Shown here: in pieces, positions 1-14,700 of the stretch | Position numbering within the stretch: the first letter of the stretch is position 1 | Layout: every line of letters begins with the position of its first letter | Assembly: GCA_000320545.1 (NCBI GenBank) | Contig: ADNK01001727.1 | Span: forward strand, 1-64,000 | Origin: Bigelowiella natans CCMP2755 | Lineage: Eukaryota > Protista > Cercozoa | DNA: 64,000 nt | Direction: 5' to 3' | Made by a program: the position numbers and the translations under genes | Notes under the pieces: generated by a model | The model's database searches: none | Seen by the model: the letters and a program-made list of their open reading frames with translations, nothing else | What the model was told of the DNA's origin: nothing

Positions 1-228
1 CCCTAACCCGTACCCTAACCCGTACCCTAACCCTAACCCTAACCCTAACCCTAACCCTAACCCTAACCCTAACCCTAACCCTAACCCTAACCCTAACCCT
101 AACCCTAACCCGTACCCTAACCCTAACCCTAACCCGTACCCTAACCCGTACCCTAACCCGTTCCCTAACCCGTACCCTAACCCTAACCCTAACCCGTACC
201 CTAACCCGTAACCTAACCCTAACCCTCA
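1..228. repeat. Telomeric array (CCCTAA)n with interspersed CCCGTA variants (TTAGGG/TACGGG on the G strand)
   Basis: 38 in-register hexamers from base 1: mostly CCCTAA, 8 CCCGTA, 1 CCCGTT, and degenerate ACCTAA/CCCTCA at the proximal edge. The C-rich strand at the window start marks a left chromosome end. Confidence 0.97.
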
Positions 229-900
229 CCACTTCATGTGTTTTTGGTCTACAATTTCGCCAAAAAAAAAACCCTGGTCGATTTTTGTGACCAGTTTTCC
301 TCACTTTGACTTGCAAAATGCCGAAACCCCAATGCAATTGGAAAAAGCTGTGATTGGCAAACTTTGAAGGGCGCAACCACCTCTTTAGATTGCGCCCAAT
401 CGAACCTGACCCAGCACCTTGTTGCTCAGAATATTTTTTGGGAAAATGCGCGCGTTTGCCCAACTAATCGAGTTGTTGCAAACGACCGATGTTTGGTGTT
501 CTCGCTTGTGCGTTGGTTTCGAGCTCCTCTAGAATCAACTCAGAAATAGCGCGCTGCATTTTGCATTGATGTGTTGATGACTAGGTTGAAAACGACATTG
601 AATTAGTCAAAATGAACCTGCGTTCATGATCGATGCGATGCACATGCATTTCAACAGAAACTCATTGAAAGATGTCCAACGTGCACCATCTTGTTGATTG
701 CAAACTTCAGCATGATGTTTGATGGCCTATTTTTTCACACCCATGTCTAGCGAACTTTTGCAACTTGCTAAAATGTCTGATGCCACTTTTCTATTGCAGA
801 TTTGAGTTCAGACGTTGACGTCCACAATTTTTCCAATCTCAGCAAAAGCATTTGAATAGCAAAATCTCTCTGAAATGTGCTTGCAATGTTAGGAACCTGC
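229..900. other. Subtelomeric non-coding tract, TpA-depleted
   Basis: No credible ORF. About 14 TA dinucleotides in 241-900 of AT-rich DNA, 13 of them with a 5' C or a 3' G. Confidence 0.7.
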
Positions 901-997
901 GGTATTTGTCAAAAACATAAAACAAGAATGAGGAAAAACCGAAAATATGAAATTTCTAATCCATGCAAGGACAGATAATAACTATCACACGGTGCAC

Positions 998-1579
998 TTA
1001 CAATTGATTCCATAATATGCACAACTCAACACTTAATGCATCATCCAGACGATGCAAATGCATGCAAAGTTTGCCAACCGCACTGCAAACCAAAAACCTA
1101 CTTACCAAGTCTTTAATTGCAGTAAAGGTATCAGATGAGAGGTACTGTAGATCATGGCCATTTGACGTAAGGGAACATATTGCATTCAAAAATTGGAACT
1201 GAACTTCCGCATCTTGCAGCGCCCTCTAAATATGGAGGAAATAAGATTTCAATGTTGGGGTGGTGCTACACATCATTCCCCTTTCTCCACCAACAACATA
1301 AAACTACTCTTTGTGTTTATGGTTCTTCTTACCTTGACAGAATCAACAAACATAGGGAAAAGTGACCCAAGCAGTGATTTTGTGGTGGGGTTTTCCATGC
1401 ATAGTCCTGCAAATGCCTCAAGTCCGTACATCAACAAGGTACGATTTCCAGGATAAACGTCCCTGATATATCTTCTCAAAAGCATTGAAGCTTTTCCCAC
1501 CCCACTTGCAGTTATGAGCAGTTGTAGCTCTTTCAAATGACTATTTTCACCATTTATGTCAGGATTCCTAATCTGTAGT

Positions 1580-1616
<37 letters not shown>

Positions 1617-4600
1617 TACACACACATACAACCACAAATATATCATATAATACACGAACGAATTCAGTTAAATTTAGTTGTTGCCACATTACCATGCATG
1701 CCCAGATTCCAAAGACCGCGCAACATATTTCTAATAATATGAAGCAAGATATTCATGCAACACGTAAATCCAAAGACCGCGCAACATATTTCTAATAATA
1801 TGAACCAAGATATTCATGCAACACGTAAATTCGCATCAGCATAAAAGTGGTAAGATAAATAATATTAATAATTGTCAAGGTTGGTAAGTGATACAAAGTT
1901 AGTGAATTACTTGGGAAATAAGAATGAATTACATTGTTCCACTAAAACTACTACCAAATCTGACGCAGCTAATTTGAATGATACTTACTACAGTTTCTTA
2001 TTTCATATCTACAACCTGGATCTACAGGATGATACTTACTTACTTCTACTACACTTCCTTATTCTATATTTACAACCTGGATCTGCAGGGCGATGGTTTC
2101 CTTCGTTGTCGTAGATATCAAGCACTTTGGATAGACGTGAGACAAAAGGAGCTAATCTAAGGCAAGCAGGATGAACTTTCTTTATCTCAGATTTCGATAG
2201 CGTAGCTGCGAACATTTCCTCCACAACATCTCTTGGAGGTCTCATCACACCTGTGCAAATTATAAATGCACCAATCTGTCAGATTTATAGATAAGAAAAA
2301 TTGTTAACAATAAGCTTGTGGAGCAACCATTGGTATTGCCAATGACTTGATGTTTCTTTGGACGTAGCTTCTTGTGTCCATTTGTCCGAAGAAGATAATG
2401 TGCGACATGGATAACACGTTTACTCATCGTATCAATGCTACTACTGTCGCTTTCGTCGATCTTTTGCGATCCTCCTCCTCCTCCTCCTCCTCTTTTCCAT
2501 TCTTTCAATGCTCTATTGTTGTCATTATCGAGTTTGCTGGAACTGATGACATTAGAGGTTAGAGAAGTCTCGTGACGTATCATCGTGGAATTTAGGAGCC
2601 CAAGAACTTTATCAATGCGCCTATTGATATCATTTAAATATGCTAAACAAATGTACTACTACTATCGAACGAACTACTACTAAAATTATGATGATGGTGT
2701 TAGAACAATAAATATACAGCGTTAAGAAGAAGAAGAAGGTGAAAAAGAGGAAGAACGTGTGCCATAATCTATGACTGGAGTTGCGAAGACGGGGGGGGGG
2801 GGATATAACCTAACACCAATGTATTGCGGGGGAGGGATTATAGCTTTCCCCCATAACCATCACAACGAATTACATATGGCTGAAGAAGTGAATGCCACTG
2901 AGCTTCTCACGGGCCATATGCTTGATTTTGTGGTTTTGAAGTAGGCTTTTGGCAATCTTAAGATCCATCAGTTGTTGCTTTCTGTACCCATCACTCGCTC
3001 TTTTTTTCTTCACAATTTGCAATTCTGTTGCTAAACCACACGTAATCTTCGATTTTGCCAAAGAACCGATGTAGTTATCGTTGGCTACTGAATAAACAAA
3101 GAGCAGCAGCGTCGTAAGTAAGAACATATTTGATATAATAGATGAATGACACAAATTGCTAATAACTGCAATATACAGCTCAAATGACAACGAGTCATCA
3201 TAATGCGACAACATATGCATCTAAATCACAAGCAAACAGGGTTGATGTTCATTATTCCTTATGATACCATGTAATCATATCATCATTATCTTGACCACCT
3301 ACTCCTCCTAGCTGTAAGCAACCTACTAGCAAATCATATCTACCTCTTCTGGGAGTGCTTTTCTTTAGTATAACTACTTTACTCTTCTTAATCTCAGTCT
3401 TCCCATCACTCTCATCTTTATTTTCTTCAGTTGCTGATGGAGGCAACACAGAGCACAGATATCCCCTTACACCAAGGAAATTCACACGCATACCCCCTAG
3501 AGAAGAAATACTTCCTTCCATCGTCTTCATGTCCTCCTTTTCGATGATGCTGCTGCTGGTACTGCTGCAATGAAGTAGGTCTACATTTTCAAAAAGACTG
3601 ACACGAGTACCCGAGTTGCGTATTGCAATACCAGGGCGAATACGTCCATTTGAATTCCTCCCTACACCGGTAACAAAGTTAACAGAAAATATCTCAATCA
3701 CGGTCTTCTTTCCATTTTTAATAAATCTTGCTGCCTTCTTATCGCAATCAATCTCGACTGTAATCGTAGTTCCAGTTTGGATAGTTGCCTGGGTTTGAGT
3801 AACACAATAGATACCATTGCCTCGTTGGTTTCTCATCCACGTACTTGCTGTATTTCCAGTTATGAAGCCTACATCCAAATCACCCCCTGCATAATTATCA
3901 ATTCTGAACGCAAACTTAACTACTCCCTTCGCATCTAATGCCTCTCCCCGTATTGTTGCAATAGACCCATTACTGTACCCTAATCTCATTGCAGTGGAAT
4001 TCTCATTTTCGAATCCGTAGAAGAGTTGCTGCTGATTTCCATTAATCCACCTATGATCAAACTTAAGTCTAGGCAACATCGCAATGAATTCACTCTTTCT
4101 TATTGCAGAAAGCATTAAATTTGCTCTTTTCGATACAGATGAGGGAGCGTGATCATCGTCTTTATTATGAACCACTGTAGTAGTAGCAGTTGTAGTAGCA
4201 CCACGACTCGTATTTGAATTTTTGTTTGAATTATTCAAAAGTTTAAATGTAACGAACTTCCCAAAAGCAGCAAAATAAGGAGCAATAATTGCTCGTGAAG
4301 AAAACTTGGGATTTATATAAGCAACTGGTAGCATTTCATTGTGTAAAGGATTGTGGCACAAGATACGAGATGATGTTGATTTTGGCGAAAAATCCATCTC
4401 CACACAGACTCCCCACGGGTTAGAAAAACCTCTATGGGTATTTTTGACTTGACTTGATTCAACATCAACTTCAAGTACAGTACCCGATGTGCTGCAGGCA
4501 ACATATAAGATCCCATTCCATAGAGAAAGTCCAATTGGATAGCTCCAACCTCCGCTGGTGTTACTTGGCCGATTTAAACAACGCTTAAACTCGCCTGATT

Positions 4601-7600
4601 CCTTTTCGAAAACTTTGACAGTATGATCGCTATAGGAAGCCACATAACAATTTTCTGTATCAACTGCTACACCATAGGCTGTTTTAATCCTTGCTTCCCC
4701 TTGGGCTTGATTTCCTCCAATAGAACGAATAAACTCACCTCTCTTATCGTAAACATCTACACGGTTAAGACTTTGGATACTAGCATACACTGCCTCTTCG
4801 TCAACAGCAACACCAACAGGATTAGACTGAAGTTTTATACTTCGTTTATGTTGATACGTTTCTTTGTTAAATATCTGAATTCTTGCGTTACTATAATCAG
4901 CAACGTAGAGATTTTCAATATCTAGACACAGGTTATACGGATAAGACAATCCATCAGGACGATTGCTAGACTGTCCTCTGGTACCAATTATGGCTTTTAC
5001 CCGCGGGCTGCTATTATCTTCCTCAAACTCGCTTTTATCTAACACTAAGACACAATGTAGAGTGTATTCGCATACAAACACTTGTGTCTCATCTACAGCA
5101 ACACCCATAGGGTTTCTAACAGAGTTGTTTCGGTTCATCATATTTAATCCTACTGGTAACTGCCATTGGCGTACATCTATAGTTGAAGAAGAACCATCAT
5201 CATCTAGCCCTCTCATAGAAAGGTAATTGTTTGAGTAGCACGCAACAAACAATTTGGTCGGTATATCGGATGCTGCCGATAATAGTGACGTTCCTTCTGC
5301 TCCCTTTTCCAAATCAATTCCAAGATATTTCTCTACGCCATGATTTAGAGCACTGTTTTCTAATCCGGTCTCCTCATATTCCGGTTTTTTTTCCGATATG
5401 CTCCGCACGTTAGACTTTGAGTCATCTTTCTTGAATACTGGCTCTCCTGTGAACACAAACCTCGGGTATTTAATACCTGTGAGAACTGTTCTGCCCTCGT
5501 CTATATTTCCCATATCCAAAATAGATATTTCATTATTGCTTCGAGCCGCACCAAGCATTACACCCCTTAAGGGAGTTACTAAACCATAATCACCGGTGAG
5601 ATGATGATTCGTTGTAATCTGGAACATGTTAGGGGTTTGGATCAGGTTAATACCGTTTGTGCTAGGGGTGAAACGTTGGTCAAATTGAAGATTATCCTTA
5701 CGATAGATAGCAATCGCACTATACCCAGCATTCAACACATAGATATAATTTCCTTGTGCGGCAATTCCTTGAATATTGGAAAGGTACCCTTGACCTCCAA
5801 AACTACAAATAATCCCTTTTTTCTCTTCTGTTTTTTTGTCAAATATGGTAACTGAACTTGGGAGAGCAACCATAATAAGATCCTGATCTACGCATATCTT
5901 GTTACCAACGCGGCCGTTAAATTTTAGAGTTTCACTCCCTTCCGGCTGAAATAGTCTCACTGTGTGGTATGTCTTTCCCCCTGCCTTTATATCTTTAATC
6001 GTCTTTAGCGGAGCTTTTATAATAAAAGAAGATTGTTTGTCACTTTTATAGTAGAGTAGATATAAATGGGTTTCGTCAGCATCAATGTCCCTAAAATTCC
6101 ATGATTGTGAAGAATAAGATTGGATTTTAAATTCGATCTTCTTACACGCCACATCTATCTTGGGGGGGAGATCTCCTGTCTTAACTTTCCCTTTCGAATC
6201 CATTTTATTTATTTGCCTTTTCCGTTTGAAATAGGCCATTTCAATCTCTTCAATATCTATAATAGAAATTCGTCTATTCGATTCGATGATGTAAACAGAC
6301 TTCCCCACAATTTTCATCTGATTCAAATTTCGAAATTGTTCTTTGATTCTGAAGAGAGCTTCCTCATTTGCCTCCATTATCTCTGGTAATTTTGTTGGGT
6401 CTCCAGATACATCGAATACATAGATCTCCCCACGATTAGCACCGCCAGCCACCAATAAGTTTGGACGTGGAGAGCAACTACTTGAACTTTTCTGCTCAGG
6501 ATGGGATAGTGAGGACGCAAATGAGGAGTGAGGCAACACTAATGCTTTCTCGATCAGTTGCTTTAGTTTTAGCGTGTCCCGAGCTCTTTTAGTTTTGATT
6601 GCAGCTTCAGTTTGACTGGGAGGAATCCAATGCGTGCCAACACGTACGAAACTGAACATACTTCCTGCTATCGTGGAACTAGCACAGATGTAGAGTGGCT
6701 TATCTTTGTCCACCTGAATATTTTGTAACCTCGTCATGACAGTTTCAACTTGCCCTTTCCCTCTACGACGAGTAAATGTAGCACTTTGAGGGTTTTTCAG
6801 AACTATACTTATTTCAATAATGTCACCATTACTCAGGCTCATTGGGGTTACGGCGTTAAAGTTGTGTTGAATGCAGTAGGTTCGGGATGATACACGACTC
6901 CTTAGATTACTTAGACTACTATTGACATCCTGACAGAATCCAACGTCAATCATCCCCTGTGTAGTTCCATGCACTCGAATGCCACACTTGAGCGACTTAC
7001 AACCAAACGCATCTTCGATCAAGATAGGTTTCACTACCACTTCAGACTCAAAATGTCTATTAAAGGAGGCCTTTTGCTGAAGACTTATTTCAGTTTCCGC
7101 ACGTTTAAGTGCGGATTTCGTGAAACACAATGGGACGGACCGACATAAACTCCAACTTCCTGGGTTCATATCTTTAATTGAAACATTGTTTCTTTGTATG
7201 TATGTAAATGTGTGTATTCTCGCATTAGAACTTACGTAGTAGGGATCCCAAGCAAGATGTTGCACTTCTATGACTCCTGAAGCTTTCGCCTTTGCAGAAG
7301 CCTCGACAAGAGAGTTTTTACTCTCAAATGATATCCTCTTCTTTTCCCTATTTAAATATTCACACGTCTCTTCATCTAGTTCCTTCCTATATTTCTCAAG
7401 TGTTTGCAGCAGGGTATTGTAGTTGCAAACGGCACCGCCAGCATACACTCTGGCGTTAGATCTCGCTACGTTTGCACTATTTTTCTCAAAATCTTCGAGC
7501 GTCGAGTCATTCCACTCTGAAAAGGCGTTGGGCTTTGGTTTATTTCTGGTAACGAACACTAAGGCAGCAGCTGGAGGCAGGGCAGAATTGTATAACCTTG

Positions 7601-10600
7601 TGTCAGTAAACATCTGTACACTAGTCACCTTCGTTAGATCACCCATTTCCAAAGTAATATTTACATTTGTTTTTCGCTTAGTAATAAAAGCTGTTTCTCT
7701 GGAAGGATTTAAGACATTACGAGGTCCATTATCAGCCGAACTCACTCCTCCATCACAAGCTACAAGTTTTGTATCGAGTAAATCCATGGTCATTTTTGGC
7801 CCATCTTTTCCACCTCTAGGTATAATACGCACTAAGTTTCCGTTTTCCAGCGTCTCTACCTTTAATGGAACTTCGCTTTTAGAAGTCAGCCTGTCTTTAA
7901 TATCTTTAGCAAATTTACCCAAAAGACGTAGTAGCCTCATCACGTATGCTTTCTCTTTTGATTTGGCTAGTGTTACCGACCAGAGATGGGGATATTCTCT
8001 TTTGTGTTTTAATAAAATGGGTGCAATACGTTGTTGCATCTGTAATGCCGAGGGGCCATACACAACAAGTTTGGAAATTCCAATACATAGAGGTTCTGCT
8101 TTATCAGCACGATATACAGACGCAAGAATTCGCACAAGCTCTTTTTCTCGTTTTTCTGGTTTATGCAACTCAATTAAAATTGTGAAAGCACCGCATGTTA
8201 GAAGGTCCTTCAAAATGATGTATTTCCCTTCAAACTCTTTTTCTTCCGGTACTTTCCACCTATACACTCCAGTGTTTGGTACGTAGCGTGCTATTTGAAG
8301 AAGATGGTGATGATGATGATTACTTTGTGTGTAATAATCGCATACTGAAGCATTCATAGACTGTAGCAGGTTTGGGCCAGAGATAAGAGTCTCTTTTGTG
8401 GGTTTTAGCCAGATTGAAACTGTGTCAACGTCATTATTTTTTCTGCCAGATTCCCAAAGAAAATTGATAACTTGGCCAGCGTGGACCTTGGTTTTTACTC
8501 CACCTTTTGGCTCAATTACTACCCCACGCTCAGATGCATTTTTTTCTCGCTCAATTAATTTTTTTGCATCAGAATCTGAGAAAATGGACGCCTTTATCCA
8601 AGTTTTAGTCACAACAAACCCCCATGGACTAATCATATTTGGCTGGTTCACATTGCCTCCTGTGTTTGATATAGTAGTTATCAGTGTTCTCTTTTTCTTA
8701 TCCAATACCAAGAGAGGCTGGCCATTTTGTGCGATGAACAGCATTTCATCCAGAATCCTTACTTGGCAAGGCTGGGAAAGCCTCCTAGAGGTACCGGATG
8801 GCTGCTTGATCTCTTCTTTGGCTTCTAACGACGATTTTGTCCAAATAGCAATTCTATTGTTGTACATATCAGCGATGTACAAATATTCGGAATCGCAACA
8901 AATCCCCCATGGATTGTTAAGCATATTATTAGTTGCAGTTCCAGCACCCCTTGTCCCTGCTTGCATCACCATAGCCCCTGTTTTTAAGTCGTGCTTCTGA
9001 ATGCGATGACTATGAGCAAATACTATATAAAGGGACTTTTCATCGCAACAGACATTAGTTGGGTTGCCATTTAGACGTCCATTTCCTGCAGGGACGGAGC
9101 GTGAATACGTGTATTCCAAACCTCTCTTGAAAACCTGAATTCTTGCATTAGCATAGTCGGCCACAAAAAGCTCCTCACTTGAGATACAGCATTGGTATGG
9201 GTTATTGAATTGGATGGCTTGTCGCCCTGCACCTATACCGCCTAGTGTTTGTGCAACTGTGCCCGTTTTAATATCAATCGCCACTACTCTGTGATTCCCA
9301 CTGTCGGAAATCACTAGTTTTTGATATTTTTCATCATAGCAGAGGCCTGTCGGGCGATTGAAAGCCAAACCATTACCACCACCACCACCACCTCCTCCTC
9401 CTCCTCCTCCTCCTCTTGAAACGTTAATCGCTTGATTCCATGTTCCCCACATTCCTGATCTTTCAAGGAAATCTATAGAATTCCGATTTTCTTCTCTATT
9501 TTCAGCCCTTGTATTTCCCTTCTCATCATCCTTTTTTTGGTCTTTAGAGGATGGAAGGATGACTTTCTTTTTATCAGACTTTCTTTGACTATGTTCCGGC
9601 CATACCTCTTCGGTGAGAGCTACAACATAATGTTGGCTTTGTGAACATAAGAAAATAGAAATTGGAGCTTCTCCAGGCGGGGCTGCGTCTTCATCACGTT
9701 TATTTTGATAAATGCCTCTGAACATGTCTTTAGCATCGATCTCTTGAATCTTTTCTAACATTTGGCGGCACTTCGTAAAAATATTTGGGTTATCCCTCTC
9801 ACCTATGAAGAATCCGTCAATATTGCAGTCACACCTCGCACAACGTACGCGATGTAAGTCATTCAAGTATGAACACAGTACGCATGCCCACATCGCACTG
9901 GCTTGTCGTTTCAGTTTCGGTAACATAAGAGGCATCATAGTATCAGCATCATCATCAGAACTTGGTGTGGCCGTCGTCATTGTCTTTGTGTCATCATCAT
10001 CTCGAAGGAGCTCCCCACCATCTGAAGCAACAGACAAAATCGGTGTAACACTTGATTTCTGTCGACCCAATCTTGGAAGCTCTAAGGGAAGAATATCTAA
10101 GCTATCATGCTGGTCTTCTTGTAGCCTCTTTTCCTTTGCTTCCTTGACATCATCGTTTTCCCTTCTCAACCCTATATTTTAAAAACAATCTTTTAACACA
10201 ATGTTACATAATCATAATCAGCGGTATATCACACAACAAATTAATGCATATAATACGTGAAGTTACAGCACAATGGCGACTAGTTTCATAAGTGGAACCA
10301 ATAAAGACACCAGCTAGTTTGAAATTCAAATATATGAATGAATGAATTACCACTAATAAATACACCGGTTAATTGAAAGTAGATATCGAAATTGATCGAA
10401 GAATATCACCATCAAGAAGGGTGTCCCACCACTGTCCTATCTTTTCTGCTTTCTTCGCATTTTCTTCAACAAAAGTAGCTTGATACTCAGGATGATGTCC
10501 AGGAGTTCCAACCATATTCATTTCATTTGGATTAAAAAGCAACCCTGAATCGGCTATATCTTGCACCGCTGTAACAAGCGCTCTTTCCCCTGCTGCGGCC

Positions 10601-11620
10601 TTCATTTGCACACGTAAGATGCGACTTTGGAACTATTTATTCGACATCAATATTACCATAATTATTTTAGCCATGATCATCATATGAGATATTAAAGCAG
10701 CATTATTTTATAAGTAGCCTGCACTATTTCTATATTATCATTATCATTATTAATATCACTATTAAGTTATTCTTACTACCTTTCCAAAATTTTGGCCGCT
10801 TTTTCCTCCTCTTCCTTCTTTTCCTTCGCCAACATAATTATCTACTTTTAGTGGTGCTTCTACTAGTTCGTGCAGAATCTCGGTATTGCGTTCAAGAATT
10901 GCCTGGTAATTATGAATAAATTGAACAAATCGAATAGAAAAAGGCTATATATAACAATCTAGTGGTGATGATAAAAATCATGATGTTCATGCTGATCATC
11001 ATGATAATGATGATAAATGCAAATATTATGTAATTTTAAAAAAAATTAGTCAGCATTATCATCAAAGAAATTGATACCTTTCCTTTCCATTACTAACACA
11101 ATGCCCCCACCACTATCACCACCACCACCACCATCACAATCACGTTACCACTTCTTCATACTACAAAGACCTGCTGGCGGTTGATAAGATCCATAGGCGA
11201 TGATTCCGGCAAAAAATTCGCAGCTGCATATGAATACGCCAAGGTTCTACGAAAGGCCAGGACCTTCTGGATGGCCTCAGTTATGAATTGCCTGTCCGAT
11301 TTTGAAAAATCCGGTATCTAAAAATTATTAGGGAAAATAATACGACATAATCTTACGCTCTTTCATGGGTGATTTGTGATGCTGCTGATCGAAGTGGTGA
11401 CAATCTGAATTGAAATCTTATCATATACTCATTTTCTGTCATTATATATTATGATAAGTAGTATGTACAATTCTTATTACTGATTTTTCTAAAATTGTCA
11501 TGATCTTATCTTGCATGCCTGGTTCATAAGACAGACAAACCACAACAAGAAGGAAGTATAGAACAACAGCATCCAAAGTTGAGCAGCTATTTCTCCCTCT
11601 TCCTCCCCCCCTTCTATCTG

Positions 11621-11659
<39 letters not shown>

Positions 11660-11676
11660 TCTCTCTCTCTCTCTCT

Positions 11677-11717
<41 letters not shown>

Positions 11718-14700
11718 TATGTATATATATAATATTATGATATGAAAATACGTTACGTGTTGTTGTGATTTCAGAGAGACAGAAACTAGCATTGCATGTA
11801 GTCTACTGTTATTAATACGATAGCCTACTACTACTACTACTTTTCATATGGTCATGTGCGTTGAGGGCTTCAATATACAATGAGCTATACAAAGCCAGTC
11901 GTTCTTCCTCTGCTGATCCAAATACTTTCACATCTAAAGCATCCCAGTAGCCCTCTTTTCGCTTCCTCTCCAAGACCTTCTTTTGGGTTTCAGCAGAGTT
12001 AATTTTGTTACACGTCTTATGGCCTCGCCAGTCTCCAAGGCAAATCCTATTCCGCGACAATAATGATCAGAATGATGAGAATAATGATAATGAGCGATAG
12101 ATGAGGAAGAATGATGAGTTGGCATATATTATTAGAAGGTATCAGGGGGAGGGGGGGCGACTAGGCTAGGTAGTAGCATAGATCATTACGATGTTTCACT
12201 TTAGGTAGTAATGTTATACTCCTATTTGTAATAAAATTATTTACCAACAAAATTCATGGCCACACCCCCCTGCGTTATTGCGGCATGTCATATGGTTGCA
12301 TCCTTGATTCTTCTCAATCCATTTCAAGCACTATAAGCAAGAAGAACAAATACATTATGATTGCATGGATATTAACGAGTCGGTGGCAACGACGACGAAG
12401 TTAATGATGATAGTTAAATAAAGTGGACACTTGGCATAGTAGATAATAATATGTTTGTTCAAATAGTGAATAGTTGAAAACTGCCCATCGAAGTCGTCAT
12501 CATCGTGCTATATTCCAACGTAAGCTTCTATCTTACTAATCTCTTTCTCAATCATATTTAATTAATATATGATATATTTAAATATATGTGCGTGTTTTAT
12601 TGTACACATGGCTACTACCCTCGGACACGGCTTGGCTCGTTGTAGAAGCCATTTTTCATTTCTCGTTGCTTCTTCCTTCATCTTGGCTTGCATTTCTTGC
12701 TTTCTTTTTTGAGCGGCCTTTTCCTTCTCCGAGAGTTTGGAGTTATCCATGATCATATTTTCCCAATAAGGTACTAGATTACAGGGTAGCGGCCTATGTG
12801 CCTCCTTACCGCAAAACCTGCAAAAGCTGTAGCCGCAATTACAATGTAGATCTCCTGTATCTCCTTCCCTCGGGATCTGAAAATTAAGGATGATTACAAA
12901 CAGCGATTCAAAAGTAAAGAAGGTGCTACATACGAATATACTCGCACTACACAACATCATTTCTGTCTCCGATTTAGTCTATGCACCACGCGTGTGTTGT
13001 ATTAATTTAGTAATAAACCCAATTCTGGTATTTCTGCTGCTATGTTGACTCTAATTTTTTTTATCTAGGTAAAATAACCTGAAGTGCACGTCCGCATCCA
13101 GCAGCTGGACACCTGACATTGTTTATTTATATAACTTTAAAAAGGATCGATGCCTAAGTGGATAAAATGATACTTTGGGCGGTAATAATTATTGAAAAAT
13201 GGTAATAACCAGATGAGATTGGTATTTGTCTCCACGAAATCAGAAGTAGCAAATTTGAGGTATTTTTCGAATAACCCTTTTGAACAAAACCGTCTAAAAG
13301 CTTCTTTTGGTACCTGAATTCGTAAAAATAGACAAGAAGGTATATAATTTGAAAAACCAAGGAGGAAGAAGTAGAGTGGCCATTCACAGTACAATAATTG
13401 AAGATTTCAGCTTATTTTATTTGTAATAAGCAACATTGCTACCGACAGGGAAAAACTTAACAACAGTGTCTTACCTTTGCCTGGCATTTGTGATACATGC
13501 AAATTGCTGATACACATACTTTGCCAGTTTTCACCTTATCCTCTAGATATCCCGTCCAACAATCATTACAAAACTAAGCAAAACAAGCCAAATGGGGGAT
13601 GAAGACAAACGGACCGATAGAATAATTCATGACTCCCTAGTACAGGGAAAATCATTCATAGATTAATCTCCTTTGTGATTTCTATTAATTTTATAATTGA
13701 ATAATAATCCATGGGTACATAAATACTGTCAGTATATATATTACACGTAATGCTTATGTGTGTATGTATATGTGTATTAAGGAAGTATCGATTACTTAAT
13801 GAGCTAATCAACCACAAGACAAGAAGACCTTATGCCCGCAAGCAATTAACGTGTACGTGTCTTTAGCTAGAACTTCATCGAAGCAAATAGGACATATAAC
13901 CTTTCCAAAATTTATAATTCGTTGATAGAATTTTTGGCAACTATTCCTCTTTTGTAACTCTAAGTCACCTTTCCAGTAACCGAGTTTTGATTCTTTAAAT
14001 CAGAGTCAAATTCCTCAACAATTAGCCCGGCCTCCTTGCGAACCTGTGAATTTCAGTATTTGTCCAAATTTGATATTGCTAATCCCATCTCTATGCCATA
14101 AGGCGTTTAGTTTGTTCTTTAAGACTAGCAACAATTAGTTACCCCCTCAGGGTCCCTGAACCATGCCGATTTCAACATGGCACTATCCCATCTTGCATTA
14201 ACAACCCAGCAGCAGCAGCACAAGGAGTATTGAGAATTTAGTAAGAAGGATCATGATCATAGCAAATACTACTGATTCTAAGTTGTGTGTTGTTACTGGT
14301 AGTGTCTGAGCATAGCTGCTGATTCAGCAATTGATATTTTAAGCTTTTCGGCCACTTCCATTACAAGCTAATATTGATTATTGTTAAAGGTTTTAAATGA
14401 ATAGGGTACAAGTAGAAAATAGGAAAGAAAACTATAATAATATGAAAAATAATACAATATATTTTATAAAATGGCGGGTTTATTTAAAAGATAAAATGGT
14501 GTGGGTAACAGAAGAACATAGCTTTCAGCAGGTTGTGTATTTAACGACTCGACTCTTACATATAGAATAATCTTTCACACCGCATTCCGGATACAATATC
14601 ATTAGCACAAGCACCCGCTGTTACCGCGCCAACTATGATGACAGCCATGAGATGTAGGGTTATGCCCCTTCAAGATGTGGTAAACACTATAGTATGATAA

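Noticed and set aside
7423-9000. Plus-strand ORFs of 287 and 200 aa
   Set aside because: They are antisense shadows of the giant minus-strand exon with no independent motifs.
3252-10169. A standalone 2305-aa gene, or a bacterial/viral insert
   Set aside because: It begins at TTG right after an AG acceptor and has a phase-compatible GT donor near 3343, so it reads best as an internal exon.
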